This document shows positions 19,457 through 29,029 of a stretch of 64,000 nt of DNA, in pieces. Within the stretch, counting starts at the first letter, position 1, and each line of letters opens with the position of its first letter. Made by a program: the position numbers and the translations under genes. The notes under the pieces are model-generated. The model was not told where the DNA came from. It saw nothing but the letters and a program-made list of their open reading frames with translations, and made no database searches. Location of the stretch: contig DDWS01000026.1 in assembly GCA_002347685.1 (NCBI GenBank), positions 26,995 through 90,994 of the forward strand. Direction: 5' to 3'. This DNA is from Syntrophaceae bacterium UBA2280 (lineage in GTDB: Bacteria; Desulfobacterota; Syntrophia; Syntrophales; Smithellaceae).

Positions 19457-20740
19457 TTGATCGTAAAAAAAACAGGCTGGATTCTGCTGATTCTTTTACT
19501 CATGGGGATTTTCCCCGTCTATCAGATATTCACACAATCATCACCACAGACTGCCGCCGTAGAAGAAATCGTTTCATCGCCTGCTTTCAAATCCATTGAA
19601 AGCAGCATAGAGCCCGGAGAAACACTCTTCTCCATTTTTAAAAAACACGACTTAAACATTGACGAACTGTTCGCCATGAAGCAGGCGTCAGCCAGCGTGC
19701 ATCGCCTCCGGCAGGTCCATCCGGGTCAACCCTACAGCTTCACGGTCGATGAAAACAATTGCGTCAGCACCTTCACCTATGGCATCAGTGAAAACACTAC
19801 TTTAAAAATCGAGCGCGGTGAAAATGGCTTCTCGGCAGAAAAATGCGAGATCCCCTTTGAAACGCGTGTGCTGACTCTGGGCGGCCGGATTGATGGAAGC
19901 CTCATCGCGGCGCTCGGCCAGGAGCGCGAGGAAATCATGCTGGCCATCCAGGTTTCGGATATTCTTGCCTGGGATATTGACTTCAACACGGATCTGCGGA
20001 CAGGCGATACGTTCAGGATTATCGTGGAAGGCCTGTACCTCAACGGCGATTTCAGGAAGTACGGAAAGATCCTAGCCGTTGAATTTGTCAATGACAGCCG
20101 CCGGCATGTTGCCTACCGGTTCGAACAGGATGGCAGAACGGATTATTTCGACGAGGAAGGAAAATCGCTCAGAAAAGCTTTTTTAAAAGCCCCGTTGAGT
20201 TTCCGCAGGATCAGTTCCTCTTTTTCTCCCTCGCGCAGGCACCCGATCCTGAAAATCAACCGTCCGCACCACGGCATCGACTACGTCGCGCCAACCGGCA
20301 CACCGGTGAGCGCAACCGCGGACGGCAGAGTATCATTTATCGGCTCTAGAGGCGACTACGGCAAGCTGATCATTCTTTCGCACCGCAATGGTCTGCAGAC
20401 CTATTACGGACATCTCTCAAGGTTCGCCGCGGGAATGCGTTCAGGCAAACAGGTTCAGCAGGGCGATCTGGTGGGCTACGTCGGCGCAACGGGCCTGGCC
20501 ACCGGGCCGCACCTGCATTACGAAATGCGTCAAAACGGTGTTGCGATCAACCCGGTGCGCTTCAAGGCGATCGCGGGCGAACCCGTCGTGGCCTCGCGAA
20601 TGCCCCAATTCCAGCAGGTCACAGCGGCGCTCGACCAGACGTTCTCCTCGGCGGTTTTCTACGAAACCGGGGACCCGGAAAGCCGGCAAAACGCCAGAAC
20701 GCTGGCCATGCGTATCGAACAGATGAACCTTCTGAACTGA
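19457..20740 (+). CDS. M23 family metallopeptidase with N-terminal membrane anchor
   Basis: HHGIDY and GPHLHYE zinc motifs. TTG start with a GGGGGA RBS. Confidence 0.85.
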   Translation: MIVKKTGWILLILLLMGIFPVYQIFTQSSPQTAAVEEIVSSPAFKSIESSIEPGETLFSIFKKHDLNIDELFAMKQASASVHRLRQVHPGQPYSFTVDENNCVSTFTYGISENTTLKIERGENGFSAEKCEIPFETRVLTLGGRIDGSLIAALGQEREEIMLAIQVSDILAWDIDFNTDLRTGDTFRIIVEGLYLNGDFRKYGKILAVEFVNDSRRHVAYRFEQDGRTDYFDEEGKSLRKAFLKAPLSFRRISSSFSPSRRHPILKINRPHHGIDYVAPTGTPVSATADGRVSFIGSRGDYGKLIILSHRNGLQTYYGHLSRFAAGMRSGKQVQQGDLVGYVGATGLATGPHLHYEMRQNGVAINPVRFKAIAGEPVVASRMPQFQQVTAALDQTFSSAVFYETGDPESRQNARTLAMRIEQMNLLN

Positions 20741-20776
20741 TTCCCGCCGACCGGATCCGCGGTCTCTTTTTATGAA

Positions 20777-20805
20777 TTGACAGGCTTCTCATATTTCCCT
20801 ATAGT
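20777..20805 (+). promoter_or_regulatory. sigma-70-type promoter for rnk (and possibly bioB)
   Basis: TTGACA, a 17-nt spacer, then TATAGT, read directly. It is about 100 nt upstream of the rnk start. Confidence 0.5.
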
Positions 20806-20903
20806 GGCATCGAAGTGCATGTACTGTAAAATCCGTTTTTCCGTACGGTTGATTTTTTTCAATCCAGCACGATGAAACAATTCCAGAGAATAAACTCGGA
20901 GGG

Positions 20904-21329
20904 ATGACCATGACGGCAGAGCGCTCGATACACATTTCAAAATATGACATGGACAGACTCGTCGAGCTGATCGATGGATTGCGCAGAACGCCCAAAGCCA
21001 ATCAGACCCATTTGGATTTACTGGAAAAGGAATTGTATCGGGGCGTGCTGGTGGATCCGCAGGACGTTCCCAAAGACGTCATCACGATGAATTCCAAAGT
21101 CAGCGTGAAGGATGTCGAATCAGGTGAGGTAACAACCTATACGCTTGTGTACCCGTCCGCGGCGAATATTTCAGAAAACAAGCTCTCGATCCTTGCCCCC
21201 CTGGGCACGGCGCTGCTGGGCTATCGCAAGGGCGACATCATTGAATGGCCCGTTCCGTCCGGCATCAGGAAAGTAAAAGTGGATGACATCATCTATCAGC
21301 CGGAAGCGGCGGGAGATTACCATCTATGA
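20904..21329 (+). CDS. rnk: nucleoside diphosphate kinase regulator (GreA/GreB-family, Rnk-like)
   Basis: 141 aa. C-terminal GreA/B-like domain (LSILAPLGTALLGYRKGDIIEW). Confidence 0.75.
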   Translation: MTMTAERSIHISKYDMDRLVELIDGLRRTPKANQTHLDLLEKELYRGVLVDPQDVPKDVITMNSKVSVKDVESGEVTTYTLVYPSAANISENKLSILAPLGTALLGYRKGDIIEWPVPSGIRKVKVDDIIYQPEAAGDYHL

Positions 21330-21387
21330 ACGGACAAACCCATTGGATGCTCCATGAAGCACAAGGCAGGATGAAAAAAGACATCCC

Positions 21388-22476
21388 ATGGAACTGATCG
21401 ATCACCTCAAGCGCAGGGCGCTGGCGGGAAAGAAAATCAGCGGTGATAATGCCCGCGAGCTTTTCATTGAAGGTTCCGATGCCCCTTATCGCGTTTTTGC
21501 GGCCGCCTCCGAAATCCGCGAGTATTTCAAAGGAAAAGAAATTATTCTTTGCGGTATCAGCAACGCCAAATCAGGCCGCTGCGCCGAGGACTGTAAATTC
21601 TGCGCGCAGTCTTCTCATTATGAGACTCAAGTCGCCTCCTATCCGCTCAAACCGGCAAAGCAGATTCTCGCCGAGGCAGCCCTGGCCAAAAAAGACGGGG
21701 CGGAATTTTTCGGTATCGTCACCAGCGGAAAGCGGGTGACGGTCAAAAAAGAGTGGCTGGAAATATTTAAGGCCATCGAAGGCATGCAGAATATCGGCAT
21801 CCATCCCTGCGCATCGCTGGGAATCATCGATACTGAAAAAGCCCGCGCACTCAAGTCGGCGGGGCTTTATCGATACCATCACAATCTGGAAACGTCGCGC
21901 AGTTTTTTTAAAAACATCTGCACCACGCACAACTACGAGGAAGATGTCGAAACCATCCGCGCCGCGAAAGACGCGGGATTGAGTGTTTGCGCGGGCGCTC
22001 TTTTCGGTATGGGAGAAGGCGTCACGCACCGCGTTGAGCTGGCCGAAACCCTGCGTGAACTCGATGTCGATTCGGTCCCGATCAACCTGCTCACCCCCAT
22101 TGGGGGTACGCCGCTGGACCATCTGCAACCGCTCCCGCCGATGGAAATCCTCATGACCATTGCCGTGTACCGCTTCCTGCTGCCGGACCGGGACATCAAG
22201 CTGTGCGGCGGCAAGGAGAAGAACCTCCGGCAACTGCTGCCGCTGGCCATTGTGGCAGGCGCCAATTCCCTGATGACCGGAAATTATCTGACCACCGCCG
22301 GCCGAGACAGCAAACTGGATCACGAAATGATTCTGGATCTGGGGCTGATTCCAACGCGGGAGATAGACCTTTGCCGCTGCGGGATGGAAGGGGAAAACGC
22401 CTGCATGGCCGGGGCGGGCATTCACACCGATCCTGCGAAACAATGCCTCGCGAAAAAACGACCGACTCGCAGATAG
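21388..22476 (+). CDS. bioB: biotin synthase (radical SAM) with a Cys-containing C-terminal tail
   Basis: CAEDCKFCAQS radical-SAM triad and YRYHHNLETS block. At 362 aa it appears to carry a C-terminal extension. Confidence 0.9.
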   Translation: MELIDHLKRRALAGKKISGDNARELFIEGSDAPYRVFAAASEIREYFKGKEIILCGISNAKSGRCAEDCKFCAQSSHYETQVASYPLKPAKQILAEAALAKKDGAEFFGIVTSGKRVTVKKEWLEIFKAIEGMQNIGIHPCASLGIIDTEKARALKSAGLYRYHHNLETSRSFFKNICTTHNYEEDVETIRAAKDAGLSVCAGALFGMGEGVTHRVELAETLRELDVDSVPINLLTPIGGTPLDHLQPLPPMEILMTIAVYRFLLPDRDIKLCGGKEKNLRQLLPLAIVAGANSLMTGNYLTTAGRDSKLDHEMILDLGLIPTREIDLCRCGMEGENACMAGAGIHTDPAKQCLAKKRPTRR

Positions 22477-22480
22477 TCTT

Positions 22481-23830
22481 TTATTCCGCCTCGGTGTCTG
22501 CGATGGTGATTTCAGCGGAAACCTCCGGCAGTGCCTCCACCGATTTCAATTTCTGGGTCAGTGTCCGTGTCTTTTTCTGCGCGTCGTCCACCGAGACCGC
22601 CGCCTGATCCAGCCTTTTTCGCACCGCATCGAGCGAATCGCCGAACCGGCCAAACGCCGCCTTCACCTCGCCTAACACCTTCCAGACCTCACTGGAACGC
22701 TTCTGAATCGCGAGGGTTCGGAAACCCATCTGCAAACTGTTGAGAAACGCGGCAAACGTGGAAGGACCGGTGACCACGATGTGATATTCGCGCTGCAGGT
22801 GAGCGACCAACGCGCTGCGGCGGATGACTTCTGCGTAAAGCCCCTCGGACGGCAGAAACATGATGCCGAAATCCGTGGTTTTGGGCGGCGCCAGATATTT
22901 TTGTGAAATGTCTCTGGCAGCCTTTTTGATGCTCGCATCGAGCTGCCTGACCGCGTCTTCCGCTGAGGGCGCATCCCCCCGATCCTGGGCTTCCACAAGC
23001 CGGGAATAGTCTTCCATCGGAAATTTCGCATCCACCGGGATCAGCACAGAATCCGAAGACGAATCGCCCTGGCCGGGCAGTTTGATGGCGAATTCGACAA
23101 AGTCGCCGCCGCTTTCATGGATCTTCACATTCCTGAGATACTGTTCAGGGGCAAGAATCTCTTCGAGCAGCGCGCCGAGCTGGACTTCGCCCCAGGTGCC
23201 GCGCGATTTGACATTGGTAAGCACCCTTTTGAGATCGCCCACGCCCGTGGCCAGCGTGCGCATGTCGCCGAGCCCCTGATGGACCTGCTCTAGCCGCTCG
23301 GAAACCTGCTTGAAGGAATCCGCGAGGCGCTTATCGAGCGTGCTTTGCAGTTTTTCATCGACGGTTTCACGCATGCGGTCGAGCTGGCGGGCATTGTCCT
23401 CCTGAATCTGCTTGAGCTTCGCGTCGATGATCAGGCGGATGTCCTCCATCTTTTTTTCATTGGTCGCGGTAAGATTTGTCAGTTGCCTGGCAAAACTCTC
23501 CAGTTGATCGTTTTGGAGTTTTCCGGTTTCGGCGATGCTCTTTTGAACCATCTCGCCGAAGGATTTGAGCGCGCCGGCCAGCTCCGTTCTCTCCTGCTGC
23601 GAGGAAGACTGGGTCTCGGTGCGTGAACGCGCGATTTCATCACGCATCGAACGGTCGGTTCGCTCCTGCGCATCCTTGAGTGCCGCCAACCGCTCGGCAA
23701 AAGGCCCAAGGTCGACAAAACCCCGTTTCAACTGCCAGACAAGCAGCGCGGCGATCAAAACCAGTCCCGCCAGTATGATGTAGAAATCAATTCCCATGCG
23801 ATCCTTCCACCCGAACCTGTTACCCGTCAC
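22481..23830 (-). CDS. rmuC: DNA recombination protein RmuC
   Basis: 449 aa. N-terminal TM helix, long coiled coil, C-terminal RmuC nuclease-like domain. Confidence 0.85.
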   Translation of the reverse strand: MTGNRFGWKDRMGIDFYIILAGLVLIAALLVWQLKRGFVDLGPFAERLAALKDAQERTDRSMRDEIARSRTETQSSSQQERTELAGALKSFGEMVQKSIAETGKLQNDQLESFARQLTNLTATNEKKMEDIRLIIDAKLKQIQEDNARQLDRMRETVDEKLQSTLDKRLADSFKQVSERLEQVHQGLGDMRTLATGVGDLKRVLTNVKSRGTWGEVQLGALLEEILAPEQYLRNVKIHESGGDFVEFAIKLPGQGDSSSDSVLIPVDAKFPMEDYSRLVEAQDRGDAPSAEDAVRQLDASIKKAARDISQKYLAPPKTTDFGIMFLPSEGLYAEVIRRSALVAHLQREYHIVVTGPSTFAAFLNSLQMGFRTLAIQKRSSEVWKVLGEVKAAFGRFGDSLDAVRKRLDQAAVSVDDAQKKTRTLTQKLKSVEALPEVSAEITIADTEAE

Positions 23831-23835
23831 ATCCT

Positions 23836-24450
23836 TTAGAACGCCCTTTGGAAATCTCTGTCGCGCAGAATCGTCACGAATGCGTGATCCACCAGCCGGT
23901 AGGAACGGGCCTCCAGCGCGGCGGCATCCGTAGCCGTCGTTGCGGGCATTGAAACGCTCATCTCTTTATCCAGCTTCGCTTCGCCGTCTCGAAACACCAG
24001 TACCCTGAATTTGAATTCCTGATCGGTCAAGGAAGTCAGGATCAGCTGAAATTCCGCAACGCCTTTCGGCGGGCGGTATCCTGCAACCCCCCACCAGTAA
24101 TGAACTCCGTAGGAAGGATCATGAACATAATCCACCAGCTGCACGCCGACATGCCCGAAGGATTTCTTAAAACAGGTCCAGAAATAGCTTTCCAGTTTTT
24201 CATTGCCTTCGTAGAAGAACTTCTTATCGCCGCTGGAATACCCCCAGGCCGTGGTATTTCCGGCCTGATTCTGAAAATTGGACAAAACGGCCTTCTTGCC
24301 TTTGTAGCGGCTGAATTCTCCTGCGGAAAATGCCGGTTTGTATTGATCGTTTTTAATCAGAATTTTCGTGCCGGAAGCGCCGCAGCCGGTCAGAAAAAGG
24401 CCGATCACCCCTGCGACCAGAATGCTTTTGAAAACACGATTGGCTCTCAT
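23836..24450 (-). CDS. hypothetical lipoprotein
   Basis: MRANRVFKSILVAGVIGLFLTGCGASG carries a lipobox (LTGC) and is preceded by an AAGGAGG RBS. Start trimmed from 24540. I recognise no family. Confidence 0.6.
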   Translation of the reverse strand: MRANRVFKSILVAGVIGLFLTGCGASGTKILIKNDQYKPAFSAGEFSRYKGKKAVLSNFQNQAGNTTAWGYSSGDKKFFYEGNEKLESYFWTCFKKSFGHVGVQLVDYVHDPSYGVHYWWGVAGYRPPKGVAEFQLILTSLTDQEFKFRVLVFRDGEAKLDKEMSVSMPATTATDAAALEARSYRLVDHAFVTILRDRDFQRAF

Positions 24451-24617
24451 CAGACAAAGACCTCCTTTGTGAAAAATATCGCCCGAATGCAGGCGAGGAC
24501 AAGCCCGGAAACTATAATGTCCGGAGGTCCTGCGTGTCAAGAAAAAACCATTTACGTGAAGCCTTTTGGGGTCAGACCTGTGATGACAAACGAGGCGGGA
24601 GAGGATTTCATGTTGTC

Positions 24618-25388
24618 CTACGAAAATTTCGTAAAATCCGGTTTTCGTTTCTCAAAAAACGCGCTGAAGGCCTCCCCGGCTTCCGGTGACGAAAGCATAT
24701 CGCTGAAAAAGCTGTTTTCCAGCAGGATTCGGGATTTCACCATTTCTGCCTGAGCTGATTTCATAAGCTGCTTGGTCGTACGCAGCGACGACGCGGGAAG
24801 CGCGGAAAGTTTGGCCGCCTGCCCGCAGGCAAATTCCAAAAGCTCATCGTGGGGCAGCACGCGGTTGACCAGGCCCATCTCATGGGCTTCGTACGCGGAA
24901 AAGAATTCACCGAGGAATAATTTTTCCGCGGCGCGCTGATACCCGACAATCTGCGGAAGCAGCAGGCTGGAGGAAAACTCCGGACACAGGCCCAGCGGCG
25001 AGAAAGGCATGGAGAACTTCGCCTCTTCGGAGGCGTAAATCAGATCGCAGTGCAAAAGCATCGTTGTGCCGATGCCGATGGCCGCGCCGGCCACCGCCGC
25101 GATAACGGGCTTGGTCAAGGCGATGAGGCTGGCCATGAACTGCGCCACCGGCAGGTCGCCGACATTCGCGCGCGCCTTGTGGTTCGCGAAATCGACCAGG
25201 TCATTGCCCGCCGTGAAAATGTCCGGCCGGCCGCAGAACAAAACCACGCGCATCGCCGGATCGTCCTGCCCGTCCTTGAGCGCGTCGGCCATCATCTGAT
25301 ACATTCCGGAGGTAATCGAGTTTTTCTTTTCGGGACGATTGAATTCAATCGTCAGAATGCCGTTTTCCTTCTTCGTGAGAATATGCAT
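24618..25388 (-). CDS. enoyl-CoA hydratase/isomerase family protein
   Basis: 256-aa crotonase fold (FTAGNDL, AAVAGAAIGIGTT). Confidence 0.85.
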   Translation of the reverse strand: MHILTKKENGILTIEFNRPEKKNSITSGMYQMMADALKDGQDDPAMRVVLFCGRPDIFTAGNDLVDFANHKARANVGDLPVAQFMASLIALTKPVIAAVAGAAIGIGTTMLLHCDLIYASEEAKFSMPFSPLGLCPEFSSSLLLPQIVGYQRAAEKLFLGEFFSAYEAHEMGLVNRVLPHDELLEFACGQAAKLSALPASSLRTTKQLMKSAQAEMVKSRILLENSFFSDMLSSPEAGEAFSAFFEKRKPDFTKFS

Positions 25389-25459
25389 GGACCCTCTAAA
25401 ATTCGTTTTGCCTTGCCGGAACCAAATGTCGGATCCGGCAAGGCAATCCGCTCAAAGCA

Positions 25460-27268
25460 TTAATCTTCAAAATACTCGCTTTTCATCGTCACCGTCAGGC
25501 CGTCGCCGGACAACAGGCGCGCGGCCAAACCCTCGATCTTGGGCAGTTCATAGCCGAAGAAATAACGGCAGGTAACCAGTTTGCCGTTGTAGAAATTCAC
25601 ATCGTTGGCGCCGACATTCCCCGCGAGCGCTTTTTTCGCCGTGTCGGCCTGCAACAGCCACTGCCACGCAATCGCGATGATACCGAAAAACTCCAGGTAG
25701 AGCGTGGCATCGGCCAGAAACATCTCCGGTCCTTCCTTGGCGGCAATGCCAAACAGATGGGCCGTCACCTTTTCCAGTTTAGCCAGCGCGGCTTCGAGAT
25801 CGGATGCAAAAGGCTTCAGCTCCGTGTCCGCTTGTGCCGTCTGGATCGCTTTGCGGACTTCAGCCAGGTACAGCTGCGCGGCCTTGCCCTTTTTCATCAT
25901 CATCTTGCGGCCTAAAAGGTCCTGACCCTGAATGCCGGTTGTGCCCTCGTGGATCGGGTGGATCCGGACATCGCGGTAGAACTGCTCGAGGGGGAACTCG
26001 TCGCAATACCCGTAGCCGCCCAGAATCTGAACGCCGGCGCTGCATGACAGGATGCCCATTTCCGACGGGTACGTCTTGGCGACCGGCGTCAGCAGTTCGA
26101 GGAGCAGGTTGTAATTTTCATGATCCTCACCCTCCGACACCTTTTCCATATCGTGGTACCGGCAGCACTGCATGAGAAGCGACAGGGAGCCCTCGACAAT
26201 CGCCTTCTGGAAAAGCAGCATGCGCTTGATGTCGGCATGCTCGATGATGGGTACCTGGGGCGCGGAGGGGTCCTTCGATGAGAGTTTGCGTCCCTGGGGA
26301 CGTTCTTTCGCGTATTCCAGAGAAGCATAATAGGCGGCGGAAGAAATGCAGGCCGCGCCCAGCCCCACGTCGATTCTGGCGCCGTTCATCATCTGAAACA
26401 TATAGCCCAGCCCCCTGTTGGGTTCACCCACCAGCCAGCCGCGGCAATCGTCATTTTCACCGAAAGCAAGCTGGGTAATGGGTCCGCCACGGTAGCCGAG
26501 CTTGTGATAGATGCCGGCGCAGTTGACGTCGTTGTGCGCAAGCCCGCCTCCGGCTTCGATGCGCATTTTGGGAATGATGAACAAGGAGATGCCCTTGACC
26601 CCCACCGGCGCGCCTTTGATCCGGCCGATCGCCAGATGAATGATATTGTCCGCACCGTCGTGCTCGCCTGCGGAAATAAAAATCTTCTGACCTTTCATCT
26701 TGTAATATCCCTGATCGGTCGGCTCTCCCGTCAGCGTGATATCGGTAAGCGAACTTCCCGCCTGCGGCTCCGTGAGCGCCATGGTGCCCTGCCACTCACC
26801 GGCCATCATTTTAGGCAGGTACAGGTCTTTCATCTCCTGCGTGCCGTACGAAGCAATCAGGCCGGCCGCACCGGTGGTCAGACCGTGATAGATGGAACCG
26901 GAATAATTCGCAGCCGCGAAGATCGCCGTCGGCACCATCATGCCGATCATTTCCGGCAGCTGCTGTCCTCCGTCTTCACAATTGAAGGTCGCACCGATCC
27001 AGCCGCCGGCGCCGCACTCCTGCATGATCGTCCGCACCCGGGGGTGAACCCTGACTTCACCATTGATATATTCAGGCTGATCCCGGTCCATTTCGTGGAG
27101 AACCGGTTTAAAAAGGTCTTTCCCCATTTTCATTGCCGTGTCCAAAACCATGTCAAACACTTCACGGCTGTGATCGGCATACCGGGGATACTGAAGAAGG
27201 GATTCCGCATCAAACATCTCGTAGAGTAAAAACTTTAAATTCCTGTCGCTGATAAATTTTTCGGCCAT
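25460..27268 (-). CDS. acyl-CoA dehydrogenase, long form with an extra C-terminal domain
   Basis: 602 aa with ACAD blocks (TEPQAGSSL, IHEGTTGIQ). Confidence 0.85.
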   Translation of the reverse strand: MAEKFISDRNLKFLLYEMFDAESLLQYPRYADHSREVFDMVLDTAMKMGKDLFKPVLHEMDRDQPEYINGEVRVHPRVRTIMQECGAGGWIGATFNCEDGGQQLPEMIGMMVPTAIFAAANYSGSIYHGLTTGAAGLIASYGTQEMKDLYLPKMMAGEWQGTMALTEPQAGSSLTDITLTGEPTDQGYYKMKGQKIFISAGEHDGADNIIHLAIGRIKGAPVGVKGISLFIIPKMRIEAGGGLAHNDVNCAGIYHKLGYRGGPITQLAFGENDDCRGWLVGEPNRGLGYMFQMMNGARIDVGLGAACISSAAYYASLEYAKERPQGRKLSSKDPSAPQVPIIEHADIKRMLLFQKAIVEGSLSLLMQCCRYHDMEKVSEGEDHENYNLLLELLTPVAKTYPSEMGILSCSAGVQILGGYGYCDEFPLEQFYRDVRIHPIHEGTTGIQGQDLLGRKMMMKKGKAAQLYLAEVRKAIQTAQADTELKPFASDLEAALAKLEKVTAHLFGIAAKEGPEMFLADATLYLEFFGIIAIAWQWLLQADTAKKALAGNVGANDVNFYNGKLVTCRYFFGYELPKIEGLAARLLSGDGLTVTMKSEYFED

Positions 27269-27420
27269 ATTTCTTCCTCTTTTTCCGGACTGCGTCCGGG
27301 GCAGCCCATTTCAGGTCGTCATAAAAAATGCCGCCAGGTTTATGAAAAAACCCGGCGGCACATGAAGTTACAGGTTGCACTCTGCCGTCTTTGTGACCGG
27401 GAAAGTGTTTTTGCAAGGCA

Positions 27421-28632
27421 TTAGCACTGCAGGTTTTCGATCACCGTCGCCACGCCCAGCCCGCCGCCGCAGCAGGAGCTGAAGCAGCCGTATTTTTTTC
27501 CGGAGCGGATCAACTCGCGCATCGTGAAGATACAGATGCGCCCGCCGGAGGCGCCGTTGGGGTGACCGAAGGAAATGGCGCCGCCGTTGGGATTCCATTT
27601 TTCCCAATCGACCTTATCACCGGTCTGTTTTTCGAGTTCCGCGGCCACCGCCAGATTCTGGACGGCGAAGGCTTCATTGCACTCAATGACATCCAGCTGA
27701 CTCATCTTCAGGCCGGCACGCTTGAGGGCCTGGGGAACCGCGTAAGCCGGCGCAATGCCCATGATCTTGGGATCAACGCCGTAATCACCGCCGGACAGCC
27801 ACTTCGCCATCGGCTTGTAGCCTAACTGCTCGGCTTTTTCCCTGGTCATCATCAGCACGAAAGCCGCGCCGTCGTTGCGGCCGGAAGCATTGCCGGCGGT
27901 AACCGTTCCGTCTTTCGTGAAGGCGGGCGGCAGTTTCGCCAGGCCCTCCAGAGTGGTTTCGGGGCGGAGAAATTCGTCCACCTTGAACTCCAGCGGGGGA
28001 TTCTTTTTACCCTGCGGAACCATGACCGGAACGATGTCCTGGGCGCAGAAACCGGAGTCAACGGCTTTTTTGGAGCGCTGCTGGCTGCGGTAGGAAAATT
28101 CATCCTGAGCTTCGCGCGAAATATTGTACATCTTCTGGAGGGCTTCCGCCGTGAAACCCATGTTCATGGTGGCGGCATCCCGGGAGGGGGCGCACGAATA
28201 GGCAATCGGCATCGGGGGAATCATGCGGAACGGTTCCGTGGTCATCGGGAAACGGCACGGCGCCTGGCTGTATGACTCAAAGCCGCCTGCGATCATGATG
28301 TCGGCCTGACCGGCCAGAATTCTCCAGGCGGCGTGATTGATCGCATCAATCGCCGAACCGCACTGCATTTCGACGTAAGAGGCAGCCGTGCTCTCCGGAA
28401 GGCCGGAAGCCAGCACAGCCCAGCGGGCCGCATTGACGGCCGTGTTCGGACCGATGGCCGAGCCCATGAAAACGGAATCCACCACACCACCCTTTTCAAT
28501 AATCTGGGATCTTTCGACCAGACCTTTCAGGGTCATGCCGGCGAGTTCCTCGCCCAGAATGTTGCGCATGGTTTTTCCCAGCGTGCCGAAGGCCGTTCTC
28601 ATGCAATCCACAAATACTACTTCTCTGTTCAT
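27421..28632 (-). CDS. acetyl-CoA C-acyltransferase (thiolase)
   Basis: Active-site MQCGSA, NEAFA, and C-terminal CCGGGLG. Confidence 0.9.
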   Translation of the reverse strand: MNREVVFVDCMRTAFGTLGKTMRNILGEELAGMTLKGLVERSQIIEKGGVVDSVFMGSAIGPNTAVNAARWAVLASGLPESTAASYVEMQCGSAIDAINHAAWRILAGQADIMIAGGFESYSQAPCRFPMTTEPFRMIPPMPIAYSCAPSRDAATMNMGFTAEALQKMYNISREAQDEFSYRSQQRSKKAVDSGFCAQDIVPVMVPQGKKNPPLEFKVDEFLRPETTLEGLAKLPPAFTKDGTVTAGNASGRNDGAAFVLMMTREKAEQLGYKPMAKWLSGGDYGVDPKIMGIAPAYAVPQALKRAGLKMSQLDVIECNEAFAVQNLAVAAELEKQTGDKVDWEKWNPNGGAISFGHPNGASGGRICIFTMRELIRSGKKYGCFSSCCGGGLGVATVIENLQC

Positions 28633-28773
28633 AAATCCTCCTGTGTTTTCTAAGTTTTTTGACGATAAAATCGTTTATGCGCTTAATGGGGAACGTCTTT
28701 CACCTAAACGGTCGTTTTAATTATTTTGGAGCGATATCATACCTGAACGGCCTCGTCAAGGACGAAGGTGGGA

Positions 28774-28904
28774 ATCAGAAGTCGGAGATCAGAAGTTTTT
28801 TTGTAAAGGGAGATTTAGGGGGATACAGAGTACTTCCCCCTTTTCTAAAGGGGGATTGAGGGGGATTATTGAAGTTGGTTACAATCTCCCCTAACCCCTC
28901 TTTT
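28774..28904. repeat. composite intergenic repeat (heptamers ATCAGAA/GTCGGAG plus three copies of an AAAGGGGATTNAGGGGGAT-like module)
   Basis: Direct module copies at 28805-28824 and 28847-28866, and an inverted copy at 28884-28904. The heptamer words recur in inverted form at 31057-31075. Confidence 0.8.
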
Positions 28905-28960
28905 ACCCTGAAGGGCACGCGAAAAAAGAGGGGAACATGCGGTGCGCCTGTGTGAGGCGC

Positions 28961-28996
28961 AAAAAAATCCCCGGAAGGTTTGCGCCCTTCCGGGGA
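28961..28996 (-). terminator. rho-independent terminator of the porin gene
   Basis: The minus strand reads TCCCCGGAAGGG-loop-CCTTCCGGGGA followed by TTTTTTT. Confidence 0.8.
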
Positions 28997-29029
28997 TAAA
29001 TTAACTTTGGAACAACAACTTGCTGAAGC

